Below are positions 1 through 10,520 of a stretch of 64,000 bases of DNA, one piece after another. The notes beneath the pieces were generated by a model. The model had not been told where the DNA came from, did no database searches, and worked only from the letters and a program-made list of their open reading frames with translations. Position 1 is the stretch's first letter. Each line of letters starts with the position of its first letter. The DNA comes from an uncultured Treponema sp. Lineage in GTDB: Bacteria; Spirochaetota; Spirochaetia; Treponematales; Treponemataceae. Where the stretch lies: contig CAMVEQ010000001.1 in assembly GCA_947166545.1 (NCBI GenBank), positions 1,136 to 65,135 of the forward strand, written 5' to 3'. The translations under genes and the position numbers were made by a program.

Positions 1-102
1 CGCCTTACGTGACTCTTTCGAGTCCTGTGTAAAGATTGCCTTGAAAGTGCTGTCGAGCCGTGGATTTAGTAAAGGCTTAATTTTCTTTTGTATTTTGTTC
101 AT
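1..102 (-). CDS. Rpn family recombination-promoting nuclease / PD-(D/E)XK putative transposase, 5' end only (runs off window)
   Basis: Minus-strand ATG at 102 gives MNKIQKKIKPLLNPRLDSTFKAIFTQDSKESRKA. This is nearly the N-terminus of the full ORF at 61174-62124, and an AAGGAG RBS lies upstream. Confidence 0.85.
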   Translation of the reverse strand, partial: MNKIQKKIKPLLNPRLDSTFKAIFTQDSKESRKA

Positions 103-197
103 TTCAATTACTCCTTACTATGTAATTGCTCGAGATATGTCATTTTTGTACACTTTTTTGAGAAAAAAAATGAAATTTTCTGCATAATAGCGTGAGG

Positions 198-226
198 TTG
201 ATTTTTTATAGGCTTTTTTTTATACT
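198..226 (+). promoter_or_regulatory. Putative sigma70 promoter of the PKS/FAS cluster
   Basis: TTGATT(198-203)-17 bp-TATACT(221-226), 9 nt before ATG 236. Confidence 0.5.
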
Positions 227-235
227 TGCTTGCGT

Positions 236-505
236 ATGGATGAATTAAAACAGGAAATAAAGGACGTTATTATATCTTCTCTTGAACTTGAAGATATAAA
301 AAATGAGGATATTAAAGACGACGAGCCGTTGTTTGGCGAAGGACTTGGTCTTGATTCTATTGATGCACTTGAACTTGGAGTTGCCCTTAAAAAGAAGTTT
401 GGCATAAAATTTTCTTCAGAAAGTGCTGATAACAAAGAACATTTTGCCAGTGTAAACGCTCTTGCAGGTTATATTACAGCTGAGCGTGCAAAAACGCAGT
501 CATAA
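236..505 (+). CDS. Acyl carrier protein (ApeE-like)
   Basis: Acidic ~89 aa protein with GLGLDSIDALEL phosphopantetheine motif. ATG 236 preferred over TTG 230. Confidence 0.9.
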   Translation: MDELKQEIKDVIISSLELEDIKNEDIKDDEPLFGEGLGLDSIDALELGVALKKKFGIKFSSESADNKEHFASVNALAGYITAERAKTQS

Positions 506-549
506 ACTATAGTTTTAGCTATAAGCTTAAGCTGTAAGCGGAGTTTAAA

Positions 550-801
550 ATGACAAAAGATGAGATTTTTAATAAATTAAAGGACATTCTTGTAAAAGAT
601 TTTGAAGTGGAATCTGAAAAGATTGTTCCAGAAGCTCTTCTTGTTGATGAACTGGATCTGGATTCCATTGATTTTGTTGATTTGGTCGTAAAAATGAAGG
701 AATTTATTCCTGAACGCATAGACCCTGATGTGTTTAAGTCTGTAAAAACAATACAGGATGCTGTAGACAAACTTGAACCTTACATTAACAGAAATCTGTA
801 G
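550..801 (+). CDS. Acyl carrier protein (ApeF-like)
   Basis: 83 aa with LDLDSIDFVDL motif; second of two tandem ACPs. Confidence 0.9.
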   Translation: MTKDEIFNKLKDILVKDFEVESEKIVPEALLVDELDLDSIDFVDLVVKMKEFIPERIDPDVFKSVKTIQDAVDKLEPYINRNL

Positions 802-2780
802 TGAAGAAATTTTTACGCATTCTTTTCTTCATATTGGCAGCACTGTACCCTGTTTTGGTATTTACACTGCTGGTAGTTCTTCATCTGCCAGTTAAGGTGC
901 TGTCGTTATGCATAATGGCAATTGGTTCTGCACTGTTTTTCAGTGCAACCAACATGAAAAAAGGGGTAAGGCTTCGCCCTCTTATTTCATCTGCACTTTT
1001 TCTTCTTGCAGGAGCAGCCTGTTTTATTACCAATAAGGCAGTTTTCTTAAAGCTGTATTCTGTAGCCGTAAGTGCAACCTTCCTGTTCGTCTTTGGAAGT
1101 TCCCTGTTTTTTCCTCCTACAATCATATTCCGCTTTGCAACTCTTGCAGATAAATCTAGGGCAGATTCTGCTGGCCGTAAGGCTATAGAATCTTACTGCA
1201 GGAAAGTTTGCATAGTCTGGTGTGTGTTTTTTATTGTAAACGGTTCTATTGCAGCTTTTACGGCACTGCGATGCAGCTATGCAGTGTGGTCTGCATATAC
1301 TGGCTTTCTTTCATATATATTGATGGGAATGCTTTTTACTGTTGAATTTATAATAAGGAGATTTGTAAATAAAAAAATGGATGGCATTTATACAGTTTCA
1401 ACTTTCCGTGCAAATTCCAGACCTGATGATTACATTATGTGCTATGGAAATGTATGGTCTGACGGTGTTTACAAGACTTGGTATGATTTTTTAACAGATA
1501 CTGCAAAAATGCGTTCTGTAATTGAAAAATATAATTGCACAGACTTTATTCTGCATTGTGAAGATTACTGGTATTTTCTAGTGACTTTTATTGCTTTGCT
1601 GCAATGTAAAAAGACAGTTCTTCTTACGCAGAACATTTCAGAAGCTTTTATAAAAGAAATAAAAACAGATGATATTGTGTTCTTTACGGATCAGAAGGCA
1701 AATGACTCTGTTCATATTCCATCTGTAATAGAACAGTGCAAAGAACCTGGAGAAAAATGTATACGCACTGCTCCTGTAATTAATGCAGATGAAACTAAAA
1801 TCCTTATGTATACTTCTGGCAGTACAGGTAAGCCAAAGAGTGTGCATCAGAGAATGACTGAATTTGAAAAGGATAATGCCTTTATTATAGAAAAATGGGG
1901 CGATGAATTTAGAAAACGCCGCCTTGTTACGACTGTAAGCCAGCATCACATTTACGGTTTTTTGTTCGGCATCACATTACCTTTTGCTTTGGGTGTGCCG
2001 TTCCGTCGTAAGAGAATTGAGTTCCCTGAAGAATTTGAGTCTTTATGTGATGCCGAATATATGATTATTGCAACGCCTGCTTTCCTTAAACGTACTGTAG
2101 ACGGAAAAGACGGCTGTGACGAAAAGAATGCAAAACTGCCTTTAAAAAATTGTTTTATTTTTACAAGTGGTGGCGTTCTTACGCCAGAAGTTGCAAAACG
2201 TACGGATGAAGTGTTTGGTTTTTGGCCTGTGGAAGTGTACGGTTCTACCGAAACTAGCGGAATTGCATATAGACAGTCTAAGAATGGTCTTGCCTGGACA
2301 CCTTTTGACAATGCAAAGGTGTGGAAAGGTGAGGACGGCTGTCTTGTAATTATTTCTCCATATATAAAAGATCCTGCAGGTTTTGCTACTGCTGACCTTG
2401 TAGATATTAATGATGACGGTACTTTTTTCTTACGTGGCAGAATTGATTCCATTGTTAAGATTGAAGAAAAACGTATTTCCATGACGGAAGTTGAAAACCG
2501 CATTTTGCAGACAGGTCTTGTTGCGGACGTAAAAGTAATTGCTATGGAAGACCGCAGGCAGTATCTTGCAGCTGCTATTGAACTTAATGATGACGGAAAA
2601 CGTAAATTTGAAGGCGAAAAAAAGCTTGTTCTGAATAAGTATTTCCACGATTTTCTTATGCAGTATTTTGAAAATGTCGTTATTCCAAAGAAATGGCGTT
2701 TTGTTGAAAAAATGCCAACCGATGTTCAGGGCAAAAAGCACAAGGAAGATATAAAAGCTTTGTTTGAGGTGCAGGAATAA
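801..2780 (+). CDS. Fusion of ApeG-like membrane protein and AMP-binding acyl-ACP/CoA ligase (ApeH-like)
   Basis: About 190 aa of N-terminal TM segments, then adenylation motifs YTSGSTGKPK, HHIYG, YGSTETSG and GRIDSIVKIEEKR. Confidence 0.85.
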   Translation: MKKFLRILFFILAALYPVLVFTLLVVLHLPVKVLSLCIMAIGSALFFSATNMKKGVRLRPLISSALFLLAGAACFITNKAVFLKLYSVAVSATFLFVFGSSLFFPPTIIFRFATLADKSRADSAGRKAIESYCRKVCIVWCVFFIVNGSIAAFTALRCSYAVWSAYTGFLSYILMGMLFTVEFIIRRFVNKKMDGIYTVSTFRANSRPDDYIMCYGNVWSDGVYKTWYDFLTDTAKMRSVIEKYNCTDFILHCEDYWYFLVTFIALLQCKKTVLLTQNISEAFIKEIKTDDIVFFTDQKANDSVHIPSVIEQCKEPGEKCIRTAPVINADETKILMYTSGSTGKPKSVHQRMTEFEKDNAFIIEKWGDEFRKRRLVTTVSQHHIYGFLFGITLPFALGVPFRRKRIEFPEEFESLCDAEYMIIATPAFLKRTVDGKDGCDEKNAKLPLKNCFIFTSGGVLTPEVAKRTDEVFGFWPVEVYGSTETSGIAYRQSKNGLAWTPFDNAKVWKGEDGCLVIISPYIKDPAGFATADLVDINDDGTFFLRGRIDSIVKIEEKRISMTEVENRILQTGLVADVKVIAMEDRRQYLAAAIELNDDGKRKFEGEKKLVLNKYFHDFLMQYFENVVIPKKWRFVEKMPTDVQGKKHKEDIKALFEVQE

Positions 2781-3157
2781 TGGCTCAGAATGCAGAGTTG
2801 GAGTTTAATGAAAATTATAATCTTCCTCGTGAAACTGTTATTGCTCAACGTGAAGACAGTGTAAGTGTGAGCCTTTTTGTTTCTAAAGATTGCAGTTTTT
2901 TTGACGGTCACTTTCCAGAATTCAAACTTATGCCTGCTGTTGGGCAGTTTGGCATTGTAAGCCATCTTGCAGTTAAATATTTTGGGCTTCCAAACTCTGT
3001 ATCAAAGATAAAGCGCATGAAGTTTTCCATGCCTGTTAGGCCAGATTCCACTCTAAAAATTGATATGGAATGTAATAGAAGCAGAAATGAAGTTTCGTTT
3101 TTAATTTCTGATGTTTCTAATGCTGAAATTGTGTATTCCTCTGGGAAATTTGCATGA
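2780..3157 (+). CDS. FabA/FabZ-like hotdog dehydratase (ApeI-like)
   Basis: FFDGHFPEFKLMPAVGQ motif. Confidence 0.8.
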   Translation: MAQNAELEFNENYNLPRETVIAQREDSVSVSLFVSKDCSFFDGHFPEFKLMPAVGQFGIVSHLAVKYFGLPNSVSKIKRMKFSMPVRPDSTLKIDMECNRSRNEVSFLISDVSNAEIVYSSGKFA

Positions 3158-3909
3158 AAGCGGTTTTTGTTGTTCCTGTATATAATCATGGTTCTACTCT
3201 TGAAGCTGTTGTACAGAGTCTTTTGGCATATAGTCTTCCTGTTATTATTGTTGATGACGGTAATGATGAGAGCCAGAAAGCTATGATTGCACAGGTGGTT
3301 CAAAATCATGCTGAAAAGGTTATTCTGGTTACCCGTAGAAAGAATGGCGGAAAAGGGCGAGCCATGAATGACGGCGTTAGAAAGGCTTTTGAGCTGGGCT
3401 ATTCCCATATTTTTCAGGTAGATGCGGATGGTCAGCATGATGTTTCTGTTTGCGGTAAGTTTTTACAGGAAGCAGAAAAAACTCCAGATGATATTATTTG
3501 CGGTTACCCTGAATATGATGAGTCTGTTCCAGAAAGCAGACGCAAAGGCAGGGAATTTTCTAATATGTGGGCAAGATTTGTCACGTTTGATGACACTATA
3601 AAAGATGTTTTATGCGGATTTCGGGTGTATCCTGTTGCTCCGTACATGGAACTTTTACGCCATCATGCTTTTATTAACAGCCACATGGGATATGATACTG
3701 ATATTCTTGTGCATCTTAGCTGGAAAGGTTTAAGGATTCGTTCTTTCGGTGTGCCTGTAACGTACCCGAAAGATGGCATTTCTAACTTTAGGATGGTACG
3801 TGATAATATCCACATATCTGCAACATATACAAGGCTGTGTGTGGGCATGATTGTCCGCTTGCCATTGCTTATTGTGCGCAAATTTGGAAGAAAACGGAAT
3901 GAGTGCTAA
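3154..3909 (+). CDS. Glycosyltransferase family 2 (ApeJ N-terminal-like)
   Basis: VVPVYNH, IVDDG, NGGKG and DADGQH motifs. Confidence 0.9.
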   Translation: MKAVFVVPVYNHGSTLEAVVQSLLAYSLPVIIVDDGNDESQKAMIAQVVQNHAEKVILVTRRKNGGKGRAMNDGVRKAFELGYSHIFQVDADGQHDVSVCGKFLQEAEKTPDDIICGYPEYDESVPESRRKGREFSNMWARFVTFDDTIKDVLCGFRVYPVAPYMELLRHHAFINSHMGYDTDILVHLSWKGLRIRSFGVPVTYPKDGISNFRMVRDNIHISATYTRLCVGMIVRLPLLIVRKFGRKRNEC

Positions 3910-4849
3910 CGTTGAACACTGGTCGGAACAAAAAGAGGTTGTAAAATCTAACCGTCCTATTAAATTTCTGGTTTTTCTGGTAAAAATAGTGCCGTTTCCT
4001 GTTCTTTCGTTTTTTACTTTTTTTGTAAGCTTTTTCTATTATCTATGTTCAAAACAGGCTCGGATATATTGCCGCCAGTATCAGACGCAGCTTTTTGCTT
4101 TTACGGGGCAGAATGGCAGGAAGGTAAACACTTTTGCTCAGATTTATTCATTTTCGCTTAGTATTGTTGAAAAAATTTCTGCCTGGAGTGAAAAAATCCA
4201 TCTTAAAAGCATAGAATTTCAGAAGGATGATGTGGAGAATCTTAAAAAGCTTTTAGGCGAAGGAAAAGGAGCTTATATCCTTACATCCCATTTGGGAAAT
4301 ACTGAACTTTTGCGTTGTCTTGCTACCTTGAATGAAACTGGTGTAAACAGGGAGATTTCTGTTACTGCCGTAATGGATATTGGGGCTTCGGAGTTTAATA
4401 AAACCCTTAAGGAAATTAATCCTCATTCTGCTGTTCATCTTGTTAATTCCTCTGAAATTGGCATAGAGACTATTGAATTCTTGCAGAATTCAGTGCAAAA
4501 TGGGGGGCTTGTTGTGATTGGAGCTGACAGAACCTCGCCAGATTCCCCTGAAAGAACAATTCCTTGCGATTTTTTGGGAAAAACAGCAGTGTATCCGTAT
4601 GGTTCTTTTTTACTGGCTTTTTTACTGGAGGCTCCTGTTTATTTTGTGTTTGCTCTTCGCAAAAAGACTGTCATGTTCCGCCCTAAATATGCAATGCATG
4701 TTCAGAGGGCTCGGACTGCGTTGACTGCAAGCCGTAAGGAGCGTTCTGCAAAAATGGAAGAATTGTGCAGGGAATTTGTAAAAATGTTGCAAAAGCTCTG
4801 TATTTTGTATCCATATCAATGGTATAATTTTTATAATTACTGGCAGTGA
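3899..4849 (+). CDS. Lipid A lauroyl-type acyltransferase-like protein (ApeJ C-terminal-like)
   Basis: TSHLGNTE, GADR and YPYQWYNFYNYW motifs. Start placed at ATG 3899 (MSANVEHW), overlapping the GT2 end. Confidence 0.8.
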   Translation: MSANVEHWSEQKEVVKSNRPIKFLVFLVKIVPFPVLSFFTFFVSFFYYLCSKQARIYCRQYQTQLFAFTGQNGRKVNTFAQIYSFSLSIVEKISAWSEKIHLKSIEFQKDDVENLKKLLGEGKGAYILTSHLGNTELLRCLATLNETGVNREISVTAVMDIGASEFNKTLKEINPHSAVHLVNSSEIGIETIEFLQNSVQNGGLVVIGADRTSPDSPERTIPCDFLGKTAVYPYGSFLLAFLLEAPVYFVFALRKKTVMFRPKYAMHVQRARTALTASRKERSAKMEELCREFVKMLQKLCILYPYQWYNFYNYWQ

Positions 4850-4856
4850 GGAGTGC

Positions 4857-5300
4857 ATGATGAAAAAATCTTTGGAAAAGGCTGTTGTTACCCAACAGAT
4901 TGTGTTTCCTGTAGAATTTTACGACGTGGACTCTATGCGCATTGTCTGGCACGGAAATTATGTTCAGTTTATGGAAAAAGTGCGTTGTGCACTGCTGAAC
5001 AAAATTGGTTTTAACTATATAGACATGGAAAATGCAGGAGTTGAATTTCCCGTTGTGGATGTGCGTGTAAAATATATACGTTCCCTGCGTTTTGGAGAGA
5101 CTGTCAGAGCTGTTGCCGGTTTGACTGAATACGAAAACTGCATTAAGATTGCTTACGAATTCTACAACAATGATACCGGAGAGCTTACGACAATAGCTGA
5201 AAGCACTCAGATGGCTGTAAATATGAAGACAGGTGAGACTATGTTTGTGTGTCCTGACATATTTATAGAGCGGGTAAATGCTTTACGGCTAAAAAATTAG
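4857..5300 (+). CDS. Acyl-CoA thioesterase, 4HBT family (ApeK-like)
   Basis: FYDVDSMRIVWHGNYVQFME motif. Confidence 0.9.
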   Translation: MMKKSLEKAVVTQQIVFPVEFYDVDSMRIVWHGNYVQFMEKVRCALLNKIGFNYIDMENAGVEFPVVDVRVKYIRSLRFGETVRAVAGLTEYENCIKIAYEFYNNDTGELTTIAESTQMAVNMKTGETMFVCPDIFIERVNALRLKN

Positions 5301-5313
5301 TGGAGGCAAAATC

Positions 5314-5955
5314 TTGAAGAACTTTTTGTTTCATACATCTGTTTTCGCTGTTTTTCTTTTTTGTTGCATTTCATTGCATGCAGAAGGCAAAAATGTTCAG
5401 TTTGATTCTGTATGTCATGGATTGACAGCTCATGCCGTTACTAGCGGTAATTTTACACAGGTAAAGCGTTCTGCTTCTGTAAACAGGGAGTTGAAGTCTT
5501 CTGGTGATTATATTTTTTCTAATGAAGGAATTGTATGGAATACACAGCGTCCTTTTTCGTCTGTTCTTGCCATTACAAATTCTTCTATTATACAGACATT
5601 GCCAGATGGTTCTTCTTCCGTAATAGACGGATCGGATAATCAGGTGTTTGCAAACATTGCAGGCTCTCTTTCTTCTTTGTTTTCTGGTAACAGGGATTTG
5701 CTGGAAAGTAATTTTCACGTAAAATTCATGAGTACCCCTTCATCCTGGAAAATGATTTTAAGCCCAAAAGATGCTACGATTGCGAGTGCTTTGCAATCTA
5801 TTGTTCTGACAGGAAAGAGCGTTTCGGAACAGGCATCTCTTGATTCAATGCTTATTGAAGAAGTGAGTGGCAATTCTGTGTATTACGCATTTAAAAATCA
5901 AGTGTATAAAGAGGAATTATCTGATGCCGAAAAAGCGTTCTTTAGCGCAAAATAA
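5314..5955 (+). CDS. LolA-like lipoprotein carrier (ApeL-like)
   Basis: Signal peptide; GNFTQ..SSGD..GIVWNTQRPF pattern; position in cluster. TTG start follows GGAGG. Confidence 0.75.
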   Translation: MKNFLFHTSVFAVFLFCCISLHAEGKNVQFDSVCHGLTAHAVTSGNFTQVKRSASVNRELKSSGDYIFSNEGIVWNTQRPFSSVLAITNSSIIQTLPDGSSSVIDGSDNQVFANIAGSLSSLFSGNRDLLESNFHVKFMSTPSSWKMILSPKDATIASALQSIVLTGKSVSEQASLDSMLIEEVSGNSVYYAFKNQVYKEELSDAEKAFFSAK

Positions 5956-8257
5956 GCTGTCGCTTAGTTTCTATATTTTTATTCATCTTGCGGTTCTGCT
6001 TTCCTGGATATGCGTTGTCCTTTATTCTAAGGGATTGCATATTCAGGCCGATTTATTTTCAATGATGCCAGATGTCTCTGTTTATTCTGCAGACTCATCT
6101 TCTGATCAGATGGCAAAAGAAAAAGCTGAGAGTATGCTTGAAGAGCAGACTGCAGAAAATGTAATTATCCTTGTTTCCTGTAAAAATTTTTCAAAGGCAA
6201 AAAGAACTGCTGTAACTGTATATGAAAAATTAAAAGACAGTAAGAATTTTGAATCGCTTTCACTTTTTGCAGATTCTGAGTCCATGAATAATATAATGGA
6301 TATGCTGCATGAATACCGCTTTAATTTGCTTGATGATTCTGCTGTAGAAATGCTTTCTTCTGATGATGGTGCCAGAGCTTTTGCAGAAAATGCACTGGCT
6401 AAGGCGTATGGAGTTTTTACGCTTTCGGCAATTGAAAATTTTGAAGAAGATCCGTTCCTTTTTGATGATTACAATTTTCAAAATTATATTTCTATGATTA
6501 GGCAGACAGGCACTTCCTTGTCGCCAAAAGATGGTGTGCTCGCTGTTAATCAAGATGATACCTGGTATGTAATGCTTACAGGAAAGCTGAGTAGTGCCGG
6601 AGCAGCTCTTGCTGATAAAAAGAATGGTATTGCAGAAATTTATTCTGTATGTACTCCGTTGGAAAAGGATGGGGTGCGGTTTGTGTATTCTGGCACGCCG
6701 TTTCATAGTTATAAAAGTTCTACGGAAGCTTCAAAGGAAATTGCTGTTATTTCAAGTTTTTCATTTGTAATGGTGCTTTCGCTTTTGATTTTTGTGTTTA
6801 GAAGTCCTCTTCCTATTCTTGCTTCCGGGGCTTCTATTGTTATTTCCTGCTTGTTTGGTTTTGCGGCTGCATATCTTGTGTTTGGTTCAATACATGTTCT
6901 TGCAATGGTTTTTGCAACTTCACTTGTTGGTTGCTGTATTGATTACAGTCTGCATTTTTTTATTAACTGGAAAGCACGCCGTAAGCAGTCGTACCGCGGT
7001 CTTTCACTGTCATTTTTATCTACAGAAATAAGTTTTGTGTGTCTGTATCTTGCACCGTTTAATCTGTTAAAGCAGATTGCTGTGTTCTGCTTTTTTGGCA
7101 TTTTAAGTGCATTCTTTACAACTGTGCTTGTGTATCCTCTTTTTCCTCTTCCAAGAAAAGATAAGAATAATACTTTGCGCATAAAGAACCGTTTTTTTGA
7201 ACGCAAACGAAACTTTAAGACCAGCATGGTTTATACTCTTTTGATTGCGCTGGCTTCGTTTACCGTAATGTTTATAAACCGTGACAATCTTAAAATTCGC
7301 AATAATATTTCCAGACTTTATAATCTTGAAGGCAGACTTAGAGAAGATGCGATGATTTCTAATTCTGTTCTGAAATATTCTCCAAGTGCCTGGTTTATTG
7401 TAAGCGGTAACACTCCAGAAGAAGTTTTACAGACAGAAGAAATAGTATGCAGAGCGTTGGCAGAAATTCATAAAAAGTCTGATTTTGGTTTTGTTGCAAC
7501 TTCAATGTTTATTCCTTCAATAAAAAAGCAGAAAAAGTCTTTAGAAGCTGTAAAGGCTTTGTTGCCTTTTGTTGAAAATCAGTATGATGCTTTGGGCTAT
7601 GATGAAAGTTGTGCTTCTGAGTTTAAAAATTCATATTCTGTTGCTGAATCAACATACCTTACTCCTGAAGTAGAATTGCCTTCTTATATTGAAAGTCTTA
7701 TTTCTTACTTGTGGGTGGGAAAAGTTGGTTCTAAATATTATTCAATAATATTGCCATCTATTGCTGTTAATCAGCAGGCATACCGTAAGATTGCAGAAGT
7801 TCATAATAATGTGATATATGCAGACAAGGTTTCTGATGTGGGCGCTTCGCTTGATTATCTTACAAAGGTTGTTTTAGCTTTGTTTGGTGTTGCGTATCTG
7901 ATTATTATTATTGTTTTGAAATTCTTTTATACATGGCGTCATGTTATTAAAATTGCTTCTGTTCCTGTTTTGTGTGTGAGCGTAATTGTTGCTGTATTTT
8001 GTGCAACAGGAAACTGCATTGATTTCTTTGCCCTCATTGGTATTGTGCTTGTGTTTGGCTTGGGCTTGGATTATATTATTTATATTATGCAGGACAGGGT
8101 TGACAGAAGGGTTGAGTCTTTTGCTGTTTTACTGTCATTTATGACTACTGCACTTTCATTCTGTACTCTTGCATTCAGTTCGTTTATACCAGTGCATATT
8201 ATTGGTCTTGCAATTTTTGCAGGTCTTACAGTTGCATTTATAGCAACTTTATTTTAG
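5924..8257 (+). CDS. MMPL/RND-family exporter (ApeM-like)
   Basis: Two blocks of TM helices with GCCIDYSLHF and GLGLDYIIY motifs. Start codon uncertain. Confidence 0.85.
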   Translation: MPKKRSLAQNKLSLSFYIFIHLAVLLSWICVVLYSKGLHIQADLFSMMPDVSVYSADSSSDQMAKEKAESMLEEQTAENVIILVSCKNFSKAKRTAVTVYEKLKDSKNFESLSLFADSESMNNIMDMLHEYRFNLLDDSAVEMLSSDDGARAFAENALAKAYGVFTLSAIENFEEDPFLFDDYNFQNYISMIRQTGTSLSPKDGVLAVNQDDTWYVMLTGKLSSAGAALADKKNGIAEIYSVCTPLEKDGVRFVYSGTPFHSYKSSTEASKEIAVISSFSFVMVLSLLIFVFRSPLPILASGASIVISCLFGFAAAYLVFGSIHVLAMVFATSLVGCCIDYSLHFFINWKARRKQSYRGLSLSFLSTEISFVCLYLAPFNLLKQIAVFCFFGILSAFFTTVLVYPLFPLPRKDKNNTLRIKNRFFERKRNFKTSMVYTLLIALASFTVMFINRDNLKIRNNISRLYNLEGRLREDAMISNSVLKYSPSAWFIVSGNTPEEVLQTEEIVCRALAEIHKKSDFGFVATSMFIPSIKKQKKSLEAVKALLPFVENQYDALGYDESCASEFKNSYSVAESTYLTPEVELPSYIESLISYLWVGKVGSKYYSIILPSIAVNQQAYRKIAEVHNNVIYADKVSDVGASLDYLTKVVLALFGVAYLIIIIVLKFFYTWRHVIKIASVPVLCVSVIVAVFCATGNCIDFFALIGIVLVFGLGLDYIIYIMQDRVDRRVESFAVLLSFMTTALSFCTLAFSSFIPVHIIGLAIFAGLTVAFIATLF

Positions 8258-8272
8258 GTAAGGCTGTGCGGT

Positions 8273-8854
8273 ATGAAAAAAAAAGTTTTCGGACTAGTAT
8301 TACTTGTTGTTCTTTTTCTTTCTTCTTGTGCCAGCTCAAAAAAGCAAAAGCTTCTTTCTGTTTATGTAACAGATAGTAAAAAAGTTAGGCTGCTTGCTCC
8401 ATCTGCACTTGAACATGAGGTAAATGTTATGCAGATGTTTACAGGCTCTTTTGTGGCGTCAAAAAAAGACGCTGTGAATATGATAGCATACACAGAATGT
8501 ACTGCAGAAAAGATTTCTGTTGTAATGATGAATGAACTTGGAATAGAAATTGCTTCTCTTTTGTATTCTTCTTCCGACATTTCGTTGCAGTCAAGTTTTT
8601 TACCTTCTAATGTTAAACCTGAGTATATTATAATGGATTTTCAGAATGTCTATTATAAACCTTCACTTCTTGCTGCTGAATATAAAGCTTCAGGACTTTC
8701 TTTTATAGTAGAAAAAAATGGCGGTGTTGAACGAAGATTTATTAATGATGGGGATGTTATTATAGAAATGATTGAAAAGAAAGATAAAGAAATATTACTG
8801 CATAACTATTTGCGTGGTTACACATACAGATTGACGGAGTTAGATGATGAATAA
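8273..8854 (+). CDS. Lipoprotein, DUF3261/ApeN-like
   Basis: Lipobox FLSSC; PEYIIMDFQNVYY and HNYLRGYTY patterns; position in cluster. Confidence 0.75.
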   Translation: MKKKVFGLVLLVVLFLSSCASSKKQKLLSVYVTDSKKVRLLAPSALEHEVNVMQMFTGSFVASKKDAVNMIAYTECTAEKISVVMMNELGIEIASLLYSSSDISLQSSFLPSNVKPEYIIMDFQNVYYKPSLLAAEYKASGLSFIVEKNGGVERRFINDGDVIIEMIEKKDKEILLHNYLRGYTYRLTELDDE

Positions 8855-10520
8855 TCCTTTGTTTATTTCCTATCCTGGTGTTGTATGTGCAGCTGGATCT
8901 GGTAGAGATGCATTGTGGAATGCCGTAACGTCTGGGAAGCAAGACTTCATAAAAAAAGTAAGTGCTGCAGGTAAAGAGTTTTTTGCAGCACGTATTGATG
9001 AAGAGATGCTGGAATCTGGTGCGGATATGAAAATTGTCCGCATTGAAAAAGCTGCACTTGATCAGCTAGATTGCATAATAAAGAAAGCTCTTGAACTGTA
9101 TGGAAAAGAAAGAGTTGCAGTATGTGTTGGCTCTTGTGATAATGGAAGTGAGTTTTCTGTTGCAGCTCATAAGACCTATTTTAACTCTGGAGTTTTTCCT
9201 GCGTCATATAAATTGGAAATGCAGGGAGCTTCGTATGTGGCTACATATATAAAAGACAGATACGATGTAAAAGGTCCGTCTCTTGCATTTAGCACAGCTT
9301 GTTCTTCCAGTGCAAGTGCAATTGTAAAAGCCTGTCAGCTTATTCAAGGCGGCATTGTAGATGCTGTTATTGCAGGTGGTGTTGATATTGCTTCGGATAC
9401 TGTGCTATTGGGCTTTGATTCCTTGGAATCTGTTTCCAGTCAAAAAACGAATCCCTTCAGTAAAAATAGAAATGGCATTACGCTAGGAGATGGTGCGGCA
9501 TTTTTTGTGCTGTCAAAAGACATTATTGCGGATGATGTTCCAGCGGTATTGATTGCTGGTTACGGTGAAAGTTGTGACGCACATCATATTACTGCTCCTG
9601 ATCCAAGTGGTGATGGCGCTGTGAATGCAATGAAAGCTGCCCTGAAATCAGCAAATATAGATGCTGGACAGATTGATTATCTTAATTTGCACGGGACGGG
9701 GACTGTTTTTAATGACTCTATGGAAGCAAAAGCTGTGAGTTGTGTGTTTGGTGACTATGCTGTACCATGTAGTTCTACAAAGTCTGTGACGGGGCATACG
9801 CTTGGGGCAGCTGGTGCTCTTGAAATGGCTGTGTGTTATGAGGCTATTGTTCGCAATTGCGGTAAGTTACCAGTGCAATGCTGGGATAAAGAAAAAGATG
9901 ATGCACTGCCCGAACTTTGCATTGTCGATTCTGATTTTAACAGTAAAACCGTTCATTACTGCATGTCTAATTCTTTTGCCTTTGGTGGTGCAAATGTCAG
10001 TTTGATAATTGCAGACAGGGCTGATGTTCCTCAGAGACTTGAAAAAGAAGAACTGATAGAATTAGTACCGCATAGGGGTAAGATGTTTTTGCTCAGTAGA
10101 GTGACGGAACATAATGTTTCAGAAAAAACTCTTACTGCTGAATATGATATTACGGAACAGTGTATTTTTTATGATAAAAAGAAAGATGGTGTCCCAAGTT
10201 GGGCAGCGTTTGAAATGCTTGCACAGGGAATATCTGCATTGGCTGCAATTACCAGAATGTCTAACAGGATGTTGGATAGAAGCCGTGCCGGTGTTGTTTT
10301 GAGTGTATCTGATTTCAAAGCTTCAATACCTGTTCTTTCAAATAATGAGACTGTTAGAATTAAAATAAAAGAAGATTTTTGTTCTGATGATATTTATCAA
10401 TATACCTGTGTTTTATACATAATAGAAGCTTGTGAGCAGACTGAGAAAAAAGTTGTTTCTGCAAAAATTACAGTAATGGAAATGAAAAACATTAAGGAAT
10501 CATTATGTCAGAAGAAATAG
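8844..10520 (+). CDS. Beta-ketoacyl-ACP synthase (ApeO-like) fused to C-terminal hotdog dehydratase (ApeP-like)
   Basis: STACSSS, HGTGT, GHTLGAAG and SNSFAFGG motifs, followed by ELVPHRGKMFLL...EMLAQ. Confidence 0.85.
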   Translation: MMNNPLFISYPGVVCAAGSGRDALWNAVTSGKQDFIKKVSAAGKEFFAARIDEEMLESGADMKIVRIEKAALDQLDCIIKKALELYGKERVAVCVGSCDNGSEFSVAAHKTYFNSGVFPASYKLEMQGASYVATYIKDRYDVKGPSLAFSTACSSSASAIVKACQLIQGGIVDAVIAGGVDIASDTVLLGFDSLESVSSQKTNPFSKNRNGITLGDGAAFFVLSKDIIADDVPAVLIAGYGESCDAHHITAPDPSGDGAVNAMKAALKSANIDAGQIDYLNLHGTGTVFNDSMEAKAVSCVFGDYAVPCSSTKSVTGHTLGAAGALEMAVCYEAIVRNCGKLPVQCWDKEKDDALPELCIVDSDFNSKTVHYCMSNSFAFGGANVSLIIADRADVPQRLEKEELIELVPHRGKMFLLSRVTEHNVSEKTLTAEYDITEQCIFYDKKKDGVPSWAAFEMLAQGISALAAITRMSNRMLDRSRAGVVLSVSDFKASIPVLSNNETVRIKIKEDFCSDDIYQYTCVLYIIEACEQTEKKVVSAKITVMEMKNIKESLCQKK

